64,000 bases of DNA from IMG/VR virus record IMGVR_UViG_3300027749_000044; one strand, 5' to 3'. Below are positions 20,282-27,982 of this stretch, piece after piece. Position 1 is the first letter of the stretch. Each line of letters opens with the position of its first letter. The notes beneath the pieces were generated by a model, which did not search any database, was not told the DNA's origin, and was given only the letters and a program-made list of their open reading frames with translations. The translations under genes were made by a program, and so were the position numbers. The DNA is from a virus.

Positions 20282-20866
20282 ATGGTAAAATTGAATATTA
20301 TCCCACCTGGTGGTTCCGCTCTTCCTTCGCATTTAGGTGGGCATGAAAATGAAACACACCTAGACGAAGGTGCTCTAAATTATATTATCGAAAAATTTGG
20401 CATCAAGTCAATGATCGATGTAGGATGTGGACCTGCCGGAATGGTAGAATTGGCAAGGTCAAAAGGCTTGGAAGTCTTGGGCGTCGATGGAGACTTTATT
20501 GTCGATCGGGCCGTGTCAGACATTGTAATCCATGATTATCAGGTGGCTCCATATAAACCAGAAAAGAATTATGACCTTGCTTGGTCCGTTGAATTTGTTG
20601 AGCACATCGAAGCCAGATACATTCAAAATTTCGTTACAACTTTTCAGTCATGTAAATATGTCATTATGACACATGCGCTTCCTGGTCAACCTGGACATCA
20701 TCATGTGAATTGTCAGCCTATTGAATATTGGGTAGCGGTCATGCAGGCATTTGGATTCGAAGTTGATGTAGAATCGACAAATGAAATCCGAGAAGCCTCA
20801 ACAATGAAAGAACGTTATATCCGACAACAGTCATTGTTCTTGAAGAATGTAAATTATACAGAATAA
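20282..20866 (+). CDS. class I SAM-dependent methyltransferase
   Basis: IDVGCG, GVDG, EFVEHI, GHHHVNCQ. Confidence 0.85.
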   Translation: MVKLNIIPPGGSALPSHLGGHENETHLDEGALNYIIEKFGIKSMIDVGCGPAGMVELARSKGLEVLGVDGDFIVDRAVSDIVIHDYQVAPYKPEKNYDLAWSVEFVEHIEARYIQNFVTTFQSCKYVIMTHALPGQPGHHHVNCQPIEYWVAVMQAFGFEVDVESTNEIREASTMKERYIRQQSLFLKNVNYTE

Positions 20867-20909
20867 TTCGACTAAATAAAACAGTCAACATAACATAAGG
20901 ATAGTGACT

Positions 20910-21137
20910 ATGAAACTCTTTAAAACTTTGGCTTTGGTTGCTGGACTATTTACTGCCACCTTTGCAATGAATGCTACTACAGTTAATGCCGCTACTGTTT
21001 ATAATTATAACAATGGCCTGTATTACGGTAATATTTGTCAAACGCCTGCCGGATGGCAAGTCGTTCCATGGCAACTCGTCGGTGGATCGTGTTGGTCGCC
21101 TGCTTGGGGCATGTGGGGATATATCGCAAACTATTAA
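20910..21137 (+). CDS. small secreted Cys/Trp/Gly-rich protein
   Basis: signal peptide ending VNA; two Cys; late promoter at about 20872. Confidence 0.6.
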   Translation: MKLFKTLALVAGLFTATFAMNATTVNAATVYNYNNGLYYGNICQTPAGWQVVPWQLVGGSCWSPAWGMWGYIANY

Positions 21138-21157
21138 CTTGATTTTTTAAATGATGG

Positions 21158-21235
21158 TATAAATAAACATGCTGATGCTCCTTGCTAGCTATTAGAGTGA
21201 CTGGGCACCCAACCGCGAGTCACATTATATTTATA
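21158..21235. ncRNA. two-hairpin structured motif, copy 2 (no endonuclease gene)
   Basis: bounded by TATAAATA and TATTTATA; covaries with copy 1. Confidence 0.6.
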
Positions 21236-21328
21236 GTCCTGTAGTTTAGTGGTAAAACACCTGGCTTATACCCAGCATCGTCTCCAGATTAGAGAGCGTC
21301 GTTGGTTCGAATCCAACCGGGACTACCA
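21235..21328 (+). tRNA. tRNA-Ile(TAT) with long variable arm
   Basis: AGTCCTG/CGGGACT acceptor, CT-TAT-AC loop, ~24-nt variable region, canonical T-arm, A73-CCA. Confidence 0.8.
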
Positions 21329-21343
21329 ACATACCAAATATTA

Positions 21344-21418
21344 GGCCCTGTAGCTCAATGTTAGAGCAAACAATTCTAAACTGTTAGGTTGTGGGTTCAA
21401 GTCCCACCGGGGTCGCCA
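21344..21418 (+). tRNA. amber suppressor tRNA (anticodon CUA)
   Basis: cloverleaf; TT-CTA-AA loop with anticodon at 21376-21378; G73-CCA. Confidence 0.8.
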
Positions 21419-21440
21419 ATACTATATAATGGAGAATCAC

Positions 21441-21593
21441 ATGGAACACCCAGAAAATATTTTAGAGCCGAATGAATTGACAGAAGAAGATTTTACCGTT
21501 GTTGATGACTGGACAAAACAATATCTTCTTATGGCATATAATGCTATTCTAGAACAAGATTTAACCCAATTTGAGGATGATTATAATGCATAG
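21441..21593 (+). CDS. 50-aa acidic protein ending in TAG (not in ORF track)
   Basis: GGAG SD; MEHPENILEPNEL... Confidence 0.6.
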   Translation: MEHPENILEPNELTEEDFTVVDDWTKQYLLMAYNAILEQDLTQFEDDYNA

Positions 21594-21666
21594 GTAGATT
21601 TATTATCAAACAGGACCTCCGTAATATTCATTTGAGGTCACAATAGGTGACCACATACACCTCATT
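21586..21666 (+). promoter_or_regulatory. candidate leader peptide MHR*IYYQTGPP* with alternative hairpins
   Basis: GAGG SD; in-frame TAG 21595-21597; TAA 21622-21624; GACCTC/GAGGTC versus GGTCAC/GTGACC. Confidence 0.6.
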
Positions 21667-21694
21667 TAAATTATTACAATTACGGAAAAACACA

Positions 21695-22396
21695 ATGAAA
21701 AATTTTAGAACTGCATTCGCCAAACTTGCCCATGAAAAGAAAAATACTGCATGGGACCACATTTGCCTTTGTGTACTGCGCGCCATGGTGGCCAAAAGTA
21801 ACAAAGACAAATATGAAATTGCGACCGCCCAATTAATGCGGGCATTTAGTTTAAACCGACGGCTACACGAATACGATTACCAAGGCATTTATAATGCTCT
21901 GTTGTATCGACATTTTCATAAAATGACTGAGCCGCAATGGGAAATAATGAAAACAAAGAGTCTTTGGTTTCCATACGATCAATTCGACACGTACGATGAA
22001 TTTGTATTATATCGCGAATTGATGGAGAAAATCAAGGAGTCCGTATGTAATACGGGTACTTTTCCAGACAAGGAATACGCCTTTATTTTTGTCAGAAAGG
22101 ATCTCAGTCCAGAACAAATCATTGTACAATCAAACCATGCATCCATTGAATTGGGGCATCGACTTGGTGAAACTGGGTCTAGCATTAGTAATCTTCATAT
22201 TGCTCTTATTGGTGTGGATAATCTATCTGCCCTTGAAGATGTTGGTGAATTGCTTAGAAAAAATAACTTTGATTACACTTTCTTTTTAGAACCAGATCTA
22301 AACAATGAAATGACCGCGATTGCTTCTTATCCTATTAAAAATAGTCAAAAGAGGTTTCTTCGGAACTACGATAAACTATCATTTGCCAACCTATAA
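21695..22396 (+). CDS. protein with C-terminal peptidyl-tRNA hydrolase 2-like domain
   Basis: IFVRKDLS.EQ..VQSNHA and FLEPDLNNEMTAIA motifs; unknown ~125-aa N-terminal domain. Confidence 0.75.
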   Translation: MKNFRTAFAKLAHEKKNTAWDHICLCVLRAMVAKSNKDKYEIATAQLMRAFSLNRRLHEYDYQGIYNALLYRHFHKMTEPQWEIMKTKSLWFPYDQFDTYDEFVLYRELMEKIKESVCNTGTFPDKEYAFIFVRKDLSPEQIIVQSNHASIELGHRLGETGSSISNLHIALIGVDNLSALEDVGELLRKNNFDYTFFLEPDLNNEMTAIASYPIKNSQKRFLRNYDKLSFANL

Positions 22397-22415
22397 GGCT
22401 TGTGATATACTAAAG

Positions 22416-22494
22416 TTTAGGCAGCCTAGCATCTCGGATAAGATGCACCGTACATGTCGGAGAAACCAGGTTCGACTCCTGGGGCTTGCCTAAA
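22416..22494 (+). ncRNA. tRNA-like RNA
   Basis: perfect T-arm CCAGG-TTCGACT-CCTGG, 6-bp D-like stem, 3-bp anticodon-like stem, long closing stem; TTGCCA-17-TATACT promoter just upstream. Confidence 0.7.
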
Positions 22495-22562
22495 TACCAT
22501 ATATTATGAATACAGTGGATAAATCGCATATAGCAACATACAAACATACAAGGAAATAAAAC

Positions 22563-23495
22563 ATGGTAGATTTTGCCTCACTAAAAAAGAACCGTCAGTC
22601 ATCACTAGAGAAGCTAACGGCAGAATTGAATAAAATGAGTTCGCCGGCGAATGGCGCCGATGATACTCGGTTTTGGCAACCTACAGCCGATAAGGCTGGT
22701 AACGGTTCAGCTACAATCCGATTCCTACCCGCTCCCGGATCAGAAGATGTCCCATTTGTTCGACTATTCGACCATGCATTCAAGGGTCCAACAGGCAAGT
22801 GGTATATTGAAAAGTCATTGACAACTATTGGTCAAAACGATCCGGTCAGTGAATATAATAGTAAGCTCTGGAATATGTCAGATGACGATAAGTCTCCTGA
22901 GCGCGAACAAGTACGCAGACAAAAGCGTCGCTTGTATTATGTTTCCAACATTTATGTCGTAAAAGATTCTGCTCATCCTGAAAATGAAGGCAAGGTCTTC
23001 CTATTCAAGTATGGCAAGAAGATTTTCGACAAGCTAAATGATCTAATGAATCCATCGTTCGAGGATGAAACTCCAGTAAATCCATACGATCTTTGGGAAG
23101 GCGCAAATTTCCGTCTCAAGATTCGTCAAGTTGATAATTATCGTAACTACGATAAGTCAGACTTCGCGGATGTGGCTCCTTTGTTGGATGACGACGAGGA
23201 ACTAGAAAGAATTTGGAAGTCAGAACATTCACTTCAAGCATTTTTGCAACCAAGTGAATTTAAGCCTTATGCGGATCTCAAGAAGAGACTGCACGAAGTC
23301 CTTGCCTTAGAAGAAGAAGATGATCTACCTGCGCGTCGATCTTCAACAAAAGCCAAGAAAGTGGAGGTTGATGACGAGGACGATATCCCTTTTGATGCAA
23401 CTCCAAAGCGTAAGGCCCCAAAAAAGGCCGAAGCCGAGGAGACAGAAGAAGAAGATTTCATGGAATATTTTAAGAATTTAACAAAGGAAGATTAA
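22563..23495 (+). CDS. 32: single-stranded DNA-binding protein gp32
   Basis: DDTRFWQP, IRFLPAP, GKWYIE, GKVFLFKYGKKIF, acidic tail. Confidence 0.95.
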   Translation: MVDFASLKKNRQSSLEKLTAELNKMSSPANGADDTRFWQPTADKAGNGSATIRFLPAPGSEDVPFVRLFDHAFKGPTGKWYIEKSLTTIGQNDPVSEYNSKLWNMSDDDKSPEREQVRRQKRRLYYVSNIYVVKDSAHPENEGKVFLFKYGKKIFDKLNDLMNPSFEDETPVNPYDLWEGANFRLKIRQVDNYRNYDKSDFADVAPLLDDDEELERIWKSEHSLQAFLQPSEFKPYADLKKRLHEVLALEEEDDLPARRSSTKAKKVEVDDEDDIPFDATPKRKAPKKAEAEETEEEDFMEYFKNLTKED

Positions 23496-23496
23496 T

Positions 23497-23676
23497 ATGA
23501 CTTCACATGTAGTACGTAATATTATGATTGCTGGTCTTTCGGTCGCCGCTCTATCTATTTCGGCATGTTCGAAAAAGAATAGTACGCCCGTTCCTGCTCC
23601 TGTAGAAAATACAGTTGTGGCTGACGACAATACAACGTCAGTTGATCATGCAACACCTGGGCATCAAATCCCATAA
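23497..23676 (+). CDS. 59-aa lipoprotein (not in ORF track)
   Basis: signal peptide with ISAC lipobox. Confidence 0.65.
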   Translation: MTSHVVRNIMIAGLSVAALSISACSKKNSTPVPAPVENTVVADDNTTSVDHATPGHQIP

Positions 23677-25542
23677 TTAAGTGTATGTTGCCAACTTCAG
23701 TGAACCTCGGTCTGCTGCGGTTGGCAACATCATACTCATATTCGAGTTATGATTGATAACAGTGGTTTTGCTGCTATTATCAGAAGAAATAATAGGTGAA
23801 CTAAACTTAGAAGACGCGGCCTGATCTTTCATGGCCGCGTTTTTGTTTGTCATGCCTGCTACTGCCGCCGTCTTAGGAACAACAGATGGTTTTAAAGGAA
23901 CATTAGCAGGTTTCTTTTTTGCAAATGGATCACCAAAGAATTCGGCCGCCATACCTGCGCCCGTCAAACCAAACCCAGCAATATCAGCCGCGATACCAAT
24001 TGGGGCTCCGATTCCTGTTAAATCGGCCGCTGCCCCAGTAGCATTCAATGCACCACCGGCAGCATATAATCCACCGGCCAAGTTATTACCTTTTTTATAG
24101 GCTTCCGCTGAAGAGTATGCATCGATCCCGGCGCCGACTCCTGGAATTAAAGCTCCGCCTAATCTACCGGCGCCTTTGGCGACAACTTTACCTCCGGTCC
24201 CCAAAGCTTTACCTGCGCCTTCGGCCAATCCACCGACTGCTTTCATACCACCTTTAACTAATTTGCCGCCTTCTTCGGCAATACCACCAATAGATTTTTT
24301 CGCGCCTTCTAATAATTTCCCGGCGCCTTCTAGTAAATCACCAACAATTTTCTTTGCCTTGTCTGCAATAGCACCAATGAATTCTCCGGCAGAAGCTGCC
24401 ATTTTCTTACCAAATTTGGCAATACCTTCGAAGATATCTCCCAATTTACTTTTGAACGTGGACCAAAGTGCTTCCAACCCTAATAATAATCCTGCGCCAG
24501 TTCCGTTAGGATCTCCTTCAGGTACTTTGGTGGCATCTTGTTTATTATCATTTGCAGCCATAGGTCGACTGTCTTGGGCAATTTCTTCCGGTGTGATAGG
24601 AGGAGGAGTTTCGCCTTTTATTGCTTTAGTAATCGCATCTGCTAATTTAGTAATTACATTTTGACTTATATCCGTAATCTTTACGCCTGATTGGGCAGAA
24701 ATATGATCGCCTGTATTCAGTGCCGGTTTCGCGTCAGGGGCATCGGATCCACTGCCAGGCAATCCAGCGAGTCTTTTTTGTTCATATTCATTCGCTTTGA
24801 TTTGGTCTTTATTGTTTTGGTTAAGGTCATTGAACCGACGCACGATCCCTGTGGGATCCAATCTTTCGCCGACCCCCTGGAAGTATTTTCCAATTCCTGC
24901 CATTGCGGAAGATCCCGCGGCGACCAACCGCCCCGGACGATTGTTGTATTTTTCTTGTTCTTCTTTGTAATCACTCTCGCCATGTTCTTTCCCTGTCAAT
25001 TTATTAATATATTTGCCGGTTGCTGGATCTTTTTCTATTTGAGGAACTGCTCTGAGTTGATTATATGTTTCCATAAATTTGCCGCCAGATCGGCTGCCCT
25101 CACCGATTGCACCTTTGATGGCGGCTTTAAGTAATTCACCTATTGATAATTTAATACTTTTGATTTGGTCCTGTGGCGACATAGGAGATTCATTTGGTCC
25201 TGCTCCTGGCCCACGTTGCAATTTATCACCAAGAGTCGAAACTTCAGACTCAACTCCACCCATGGTTTTATTAAGTTCTTTTACTCTATCAATGAGCGCA
25301 AGTAAAGATTCTTGTTCTTTGCTGTCGCCTTTTTCTACTGAATTTTGTAAGGCCAACAAATCAACTTTTAGGCTTTTATCTTCTACCGGTACAGTTTCTT
25401 TTTGTGATTTTGCTAAACCTTGTTCCAATACATTTTGCATTCCGGGTGGTGCCGGTGCTTTTGATTTTTTGTCGACCCAAGTATCGTCTTGTTTGATATA
25501 CGTGGTATCGCCAATTTTTATTTGGGGTGTTTTATCGGCCAT
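23677..25542 (-). CDS. gp29-like baseplate hub / tape measure protein
   Basis: Gly/Ala-rich ~11-residue amphipathic repeats; downstream of gp26/gp51. Confidence 0.6.
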   Translation of the reverse strand: MADKTPQIKIGDTTYIKQDDTWVDKKSKAPAPPGMQNVLEQGLAKSQKETVPVEDKSLKVDLLALQNSVEKGDSKEQESLLALIDRVKELNKTMGGVESEVSTLGDKLQRGPGAGPNESPMSPQDQIKSIKLSIGELLKAAIKGAIGEGSRSGGKFMETYNQLRAVPQIEKDPATGKYINKLTGKEHGESDYKEEQEKYNNRPGRLVAAGSSAMAGIGKYFQGVGERLDPTGIVRRFNDLNQNNKDQIKANEYEQKRLAGLPGSGSDAPDAKPALNTGDHISAQSGVKITDISQNVITKLADAITKAIKGETPPPITPEEIAQDSRPMAANDNKQDATKVPEGDPNGTGAGLLLGLEALWSTFKSKLGDIFEGIAKFGKKMAASAGEFIGAIADKAKKIVGDLLEGAGKLLEGAKKSIGGIAEEGGKLVKGGMKAVGGLAEGAGKALGTGGKVVAKGAGRLGGALIPGVGAGIDAYSSAEAYKKGNNLAGGLYAAGGALNATGAAADLTGIGAPIGIAADIAGFGLTGAGMAAEFFGDPFAKKKPANVPLKPSVVPKTAAVAGMTNKNAAMKDQAASSKFSSPIISSDNSSKTTVINHNSNMSMMLPTAADRGSLKLATYT

Positions 25543-25820
25543 TAGTGTTTATCTGATTCATTCAATATATTTGTAACTGTATTTGGACCATTTGCACTTT
25601 TTTTGGCAAATTGTTCAAGACCAGTAAATCCTAATCCAGCAATTGTAATATCTTTAATGCCGTCAAAAATAATTCCATCCATCTTGTAGCCCCAAAACAA
25701 ATCAGAAAAAAATGCTATGAGTAATGCTACAAGACAAATGAATGTGATCCATCGTTTTGACGAAGGATGACCATCGATATCTTTAAAAATATTATCGATA
25801 TACTTTAAATTTGCGTTCAT
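25542..25820 (-). CDS. small two-TM membrane protein (holin-like)
   Basis: SSKRW followed by hydrophobic helices. Confidence 0.5.
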   Translation of the reverse strand: MNANLKYIDNIFKDIDGHPSSKRWITFICLVALLIAFFSDLFWGYKMDGIIFDGIKDITIAGLGFTGLEQFAKKSANGPNTVTNILNESDKH

Positions 25821-25995
25821 CCTGCGCTATCCCTTAATCGTTCGTATTCTTCTTCCAAGAATTGATTTAGTAATGAAACATAGATATCGCGTTCGAATGG
25901 TATAAGATTTTCTATTTCTGTCAATGAGTATTTATGGTGTTGCATCAAATTGAAATTTAATATATAGTAATTCGAAAGGCTGTTATGTGCCAGCC
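25817..25995 (-). CDS. 51: gp51-like baseplate hub assembly protein, probably expressed by -1 frameshift from gp26
   Basis: LMQHHKYSLTEIENLIPFERDIYVSLL; frame open upstream of the only ATG (25945). Confidence 0.8.
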
Positions 25996-26700
25996 CTACT
26001 GAAAAAAATCAGAGAGGCCCTCCAATACAATTTTCCTATCATTTCCTAATTTATTTTTATATTCAAAAGTGTGAATTAACTTTGGCATAGATTCAAAGAA
26101 TTCGTAGATTTTACTCATTTGATCAACCCGAAGATTGGAAATGAATTCTTTTAATTCTTCAATTGTACTTTCGGATGCAGGATATACAGTATCAGCATCA
26201 TAAATTTTGTCAATGCAATGTGCAATTATTTCGATAGTATCTTCTGGATTAGAAGAATCATAAGTTGAAAATTTCTTCATTGATTTGAAACTAGGATATT
26301 TCATGACTAATCCAATATTTTCATTTATTTGGATAATATTGTTTTTGGTTAATGTATTGTCTATATCTATTTTATCCAAATCCAATGAAAAATCATAAAC
26401 AGTTTCATCTTCTGTATCTTGATATTTCAATTCTACAATATTGTTGATAGATTTTGCCCTAATTTTAAGGAATAGATATTCAATGGCGAATATCGGAAGT
26501 TCGTCAATATTAACTTCATCGATGATACAATTATTTAATATTTGAGTAATTGCACTCAATTGATCTTCTTTTTCGTCTGATTGTTGGGCAATAAGCAAAA
26601 TTTTCTCTTCTTTTACAAGAAAAGGCCGAAATTGGATTACCCGTTGTGTGCAAGGAATAGTTTCAGAAAATACTGGATACTGAATTTTAGGTAAAGTCAT
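25996..26700 (-). CDS. 26: gp26-like baseplate hub protein
   Basis: MTLPKI, FRPFLVKEEKILL, MKYP, FFESMPKL, LEGLSDFF. Confidence 0.9.
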   Translation of the reverse strand: MTLPKIQYPVFSETIPCTQRVIQFRPFLVKEEKILLIAQQSDEKEDQLSAITQILNNCIIDEVNIDELPIFAIEYLFLKIRAKSINNIVELKYQDTEDETVYDFSLDLDKIDIDNTLTKNNIIQINENIGLVMKYPSFKSMKKFSTYDSSNPEDTIEIIAHCIDKIYDADTVYPASESTIEELKEFISNLRVDQMSKIYEFFESMPKLIHTFEYKNKLGNDRKIVLEGLSDFFQ

Positions 26701-26719
26701 ACTATAAAATCCTTATTGA

Positions 26720-27358
26720 TTAAAAAATTGTACCTGGGGTTCCAGGCAAATTCGTGATAATTTGATTTACATAATTTACTGGAGATTGCGAATTTGTTAT
26801 TGAATTGTCCGCCGAGAAAGTCCAGTTTTTATATAAAAATGCCACATCGATACTGGTAATTTGATCGGTCGCATCCCAACTTACTGAAGTATCAGAGACT
26901 TGATATGGATAAATATCGTGTACATTATATCGCATTGCAATGCCTCCTTGAGGATTGAAATGGTCTATTGTACATCTAGAAATATACGTGTCTCTGTAAT
27001 TAACTCTATATGAATTATCATTACTCGTATCATCTCCGATTGAGATTATTTGATTTGACCAATCTCTGAATAGTCTATAGATTTTACCTTGGTCATCATT
27101 ATAAAATGACATACGAATTGGAGGATACTTGACGCCATATGGAAAATATTCTTCGACTCCGCCGCCGCCGCGTCTGTTTGCGAATGTTTGGAATTCAAGA
27201 CCAGGCAAAGATGCTCTGTGACAACGCAAACGAACAAAATCAGAATCATTATAACCTTTTGATTGAGCCCAAGTAGGCAAAGTGAAAGACACTTCAAAAT
27301 GAGAAGGTTTCGTATAAGTTGTTACTTTATTCGAAAAATCAGAAACTTTAAAGCTCAT
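26720..27358 (-). CDS. tail tube-fold protein (gp54/gp19-like)
   Basis: C.RASLPG, IYPYQVS, V.F.Y..W; synteny. Confidence 0.7.
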   Translation of the reverse strand: MSFKVSDFSNKVTTYTKPSHFEVSFTLPTWAQSKGYNDSDFVRLRCHRASLPGLEFQTFANRRGGGGVEEYFPYGVKYPPIRMSFYNDDQGKIYRLFRDWSNQIISIGDDTSNDNSYRVNYRDTYISRCTIDHFNPQGGIAMRYNVHDIYPYQVSDTSVSWDATDQITSIDVAFLYKNWTFSADNSITNSQSPVNYVNQIITNLPGTPGTIF

Positions 27359-27959
27359 TGGTCATCCTTTGGCTATCTTCCCATACTTTTTGTTTTGTTG
27401 CTCCCGTAAATTGTTCTGTAGGAAGAAACAATGCTATGTCCCATTGTATAGGATTGATGAAAATAAATCTTGATTTGACATGGGTGTTCAAATATCGTTT
27501 AATACAAGGCTTAATCAACCTATGAGTACTGAATTGTTTTAATGTCTGATAGCCTAATCTGATTTTTGTTTTGTCATCAAATCGACTGTCAGAAACAATT
27601 GTATATAGGGAGTCCATCAGTACCGCGCGTAATTTCGGATTCAAATAGTGCATATTAATTCCATAAAATCCGCCGTCGGCATAATCAAATGGAAATATTA
27701 ATGGAAATTTATCCCAATATGGAAGTTTATCTTTTGTTTTTGCATCATAGACGAACATGTACATTTGTCCAGGGATAATACTTGATTGTAAACTGGCATT
27801 TTTTTCTTCAAAAATACCGGCCGGTGTTGCTCCGGTCACTTGTGCTGCCTGATTTCTATACCAATTTCTGGCAGCCTGGGTACGATTAGGAAACTGGCCT
27901 TGGGCCAATCCTTTTTGTAAAATTGTACTGAATACGTATTTGTCTGTAACAGAAGCCAT
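27348..27959 (-). CDS. 2: DNA end protector gp2
   Basis: YDAKTKDKLPYWDKFPLIF, GINMHYL, IKRYL. Confidence 0.92.
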   Translation of the reverse strand: MASVTDKYVFSTILQKGLAQGQFPNRTQAARNWYRNQAAQVTGATPAGIFEEKNASLQSSIIPGQMYMFVYDAKTKDKLPYWDKFPLIFPFDYADGGFYGINMHYLNPKLRAVLMDSLYTIVSDSRFDDKTKIRLGYQTLKQFSTHRLIKPCIKRYLNTHVKSRFIFINPIQWDIALFLPTEQFTGATKQKVWEDSQRMTNEL

Positions 27960-27982
27960 TTGTTTCCCTTATCCTTTGATAT

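Noticed and set aside
24535-24565. AANDN peptide in the tape measure-like protein resembling the tmRNA tag
   Set aside because: Internal five-residue match with no tmRNA structure around it; likely chance
25996-25998. Amber readthrough joining gp26 to gp51
   Set aside because: gp51 is in the -1 frame, so readthrough gives unrelated sequence (GWHIT...)
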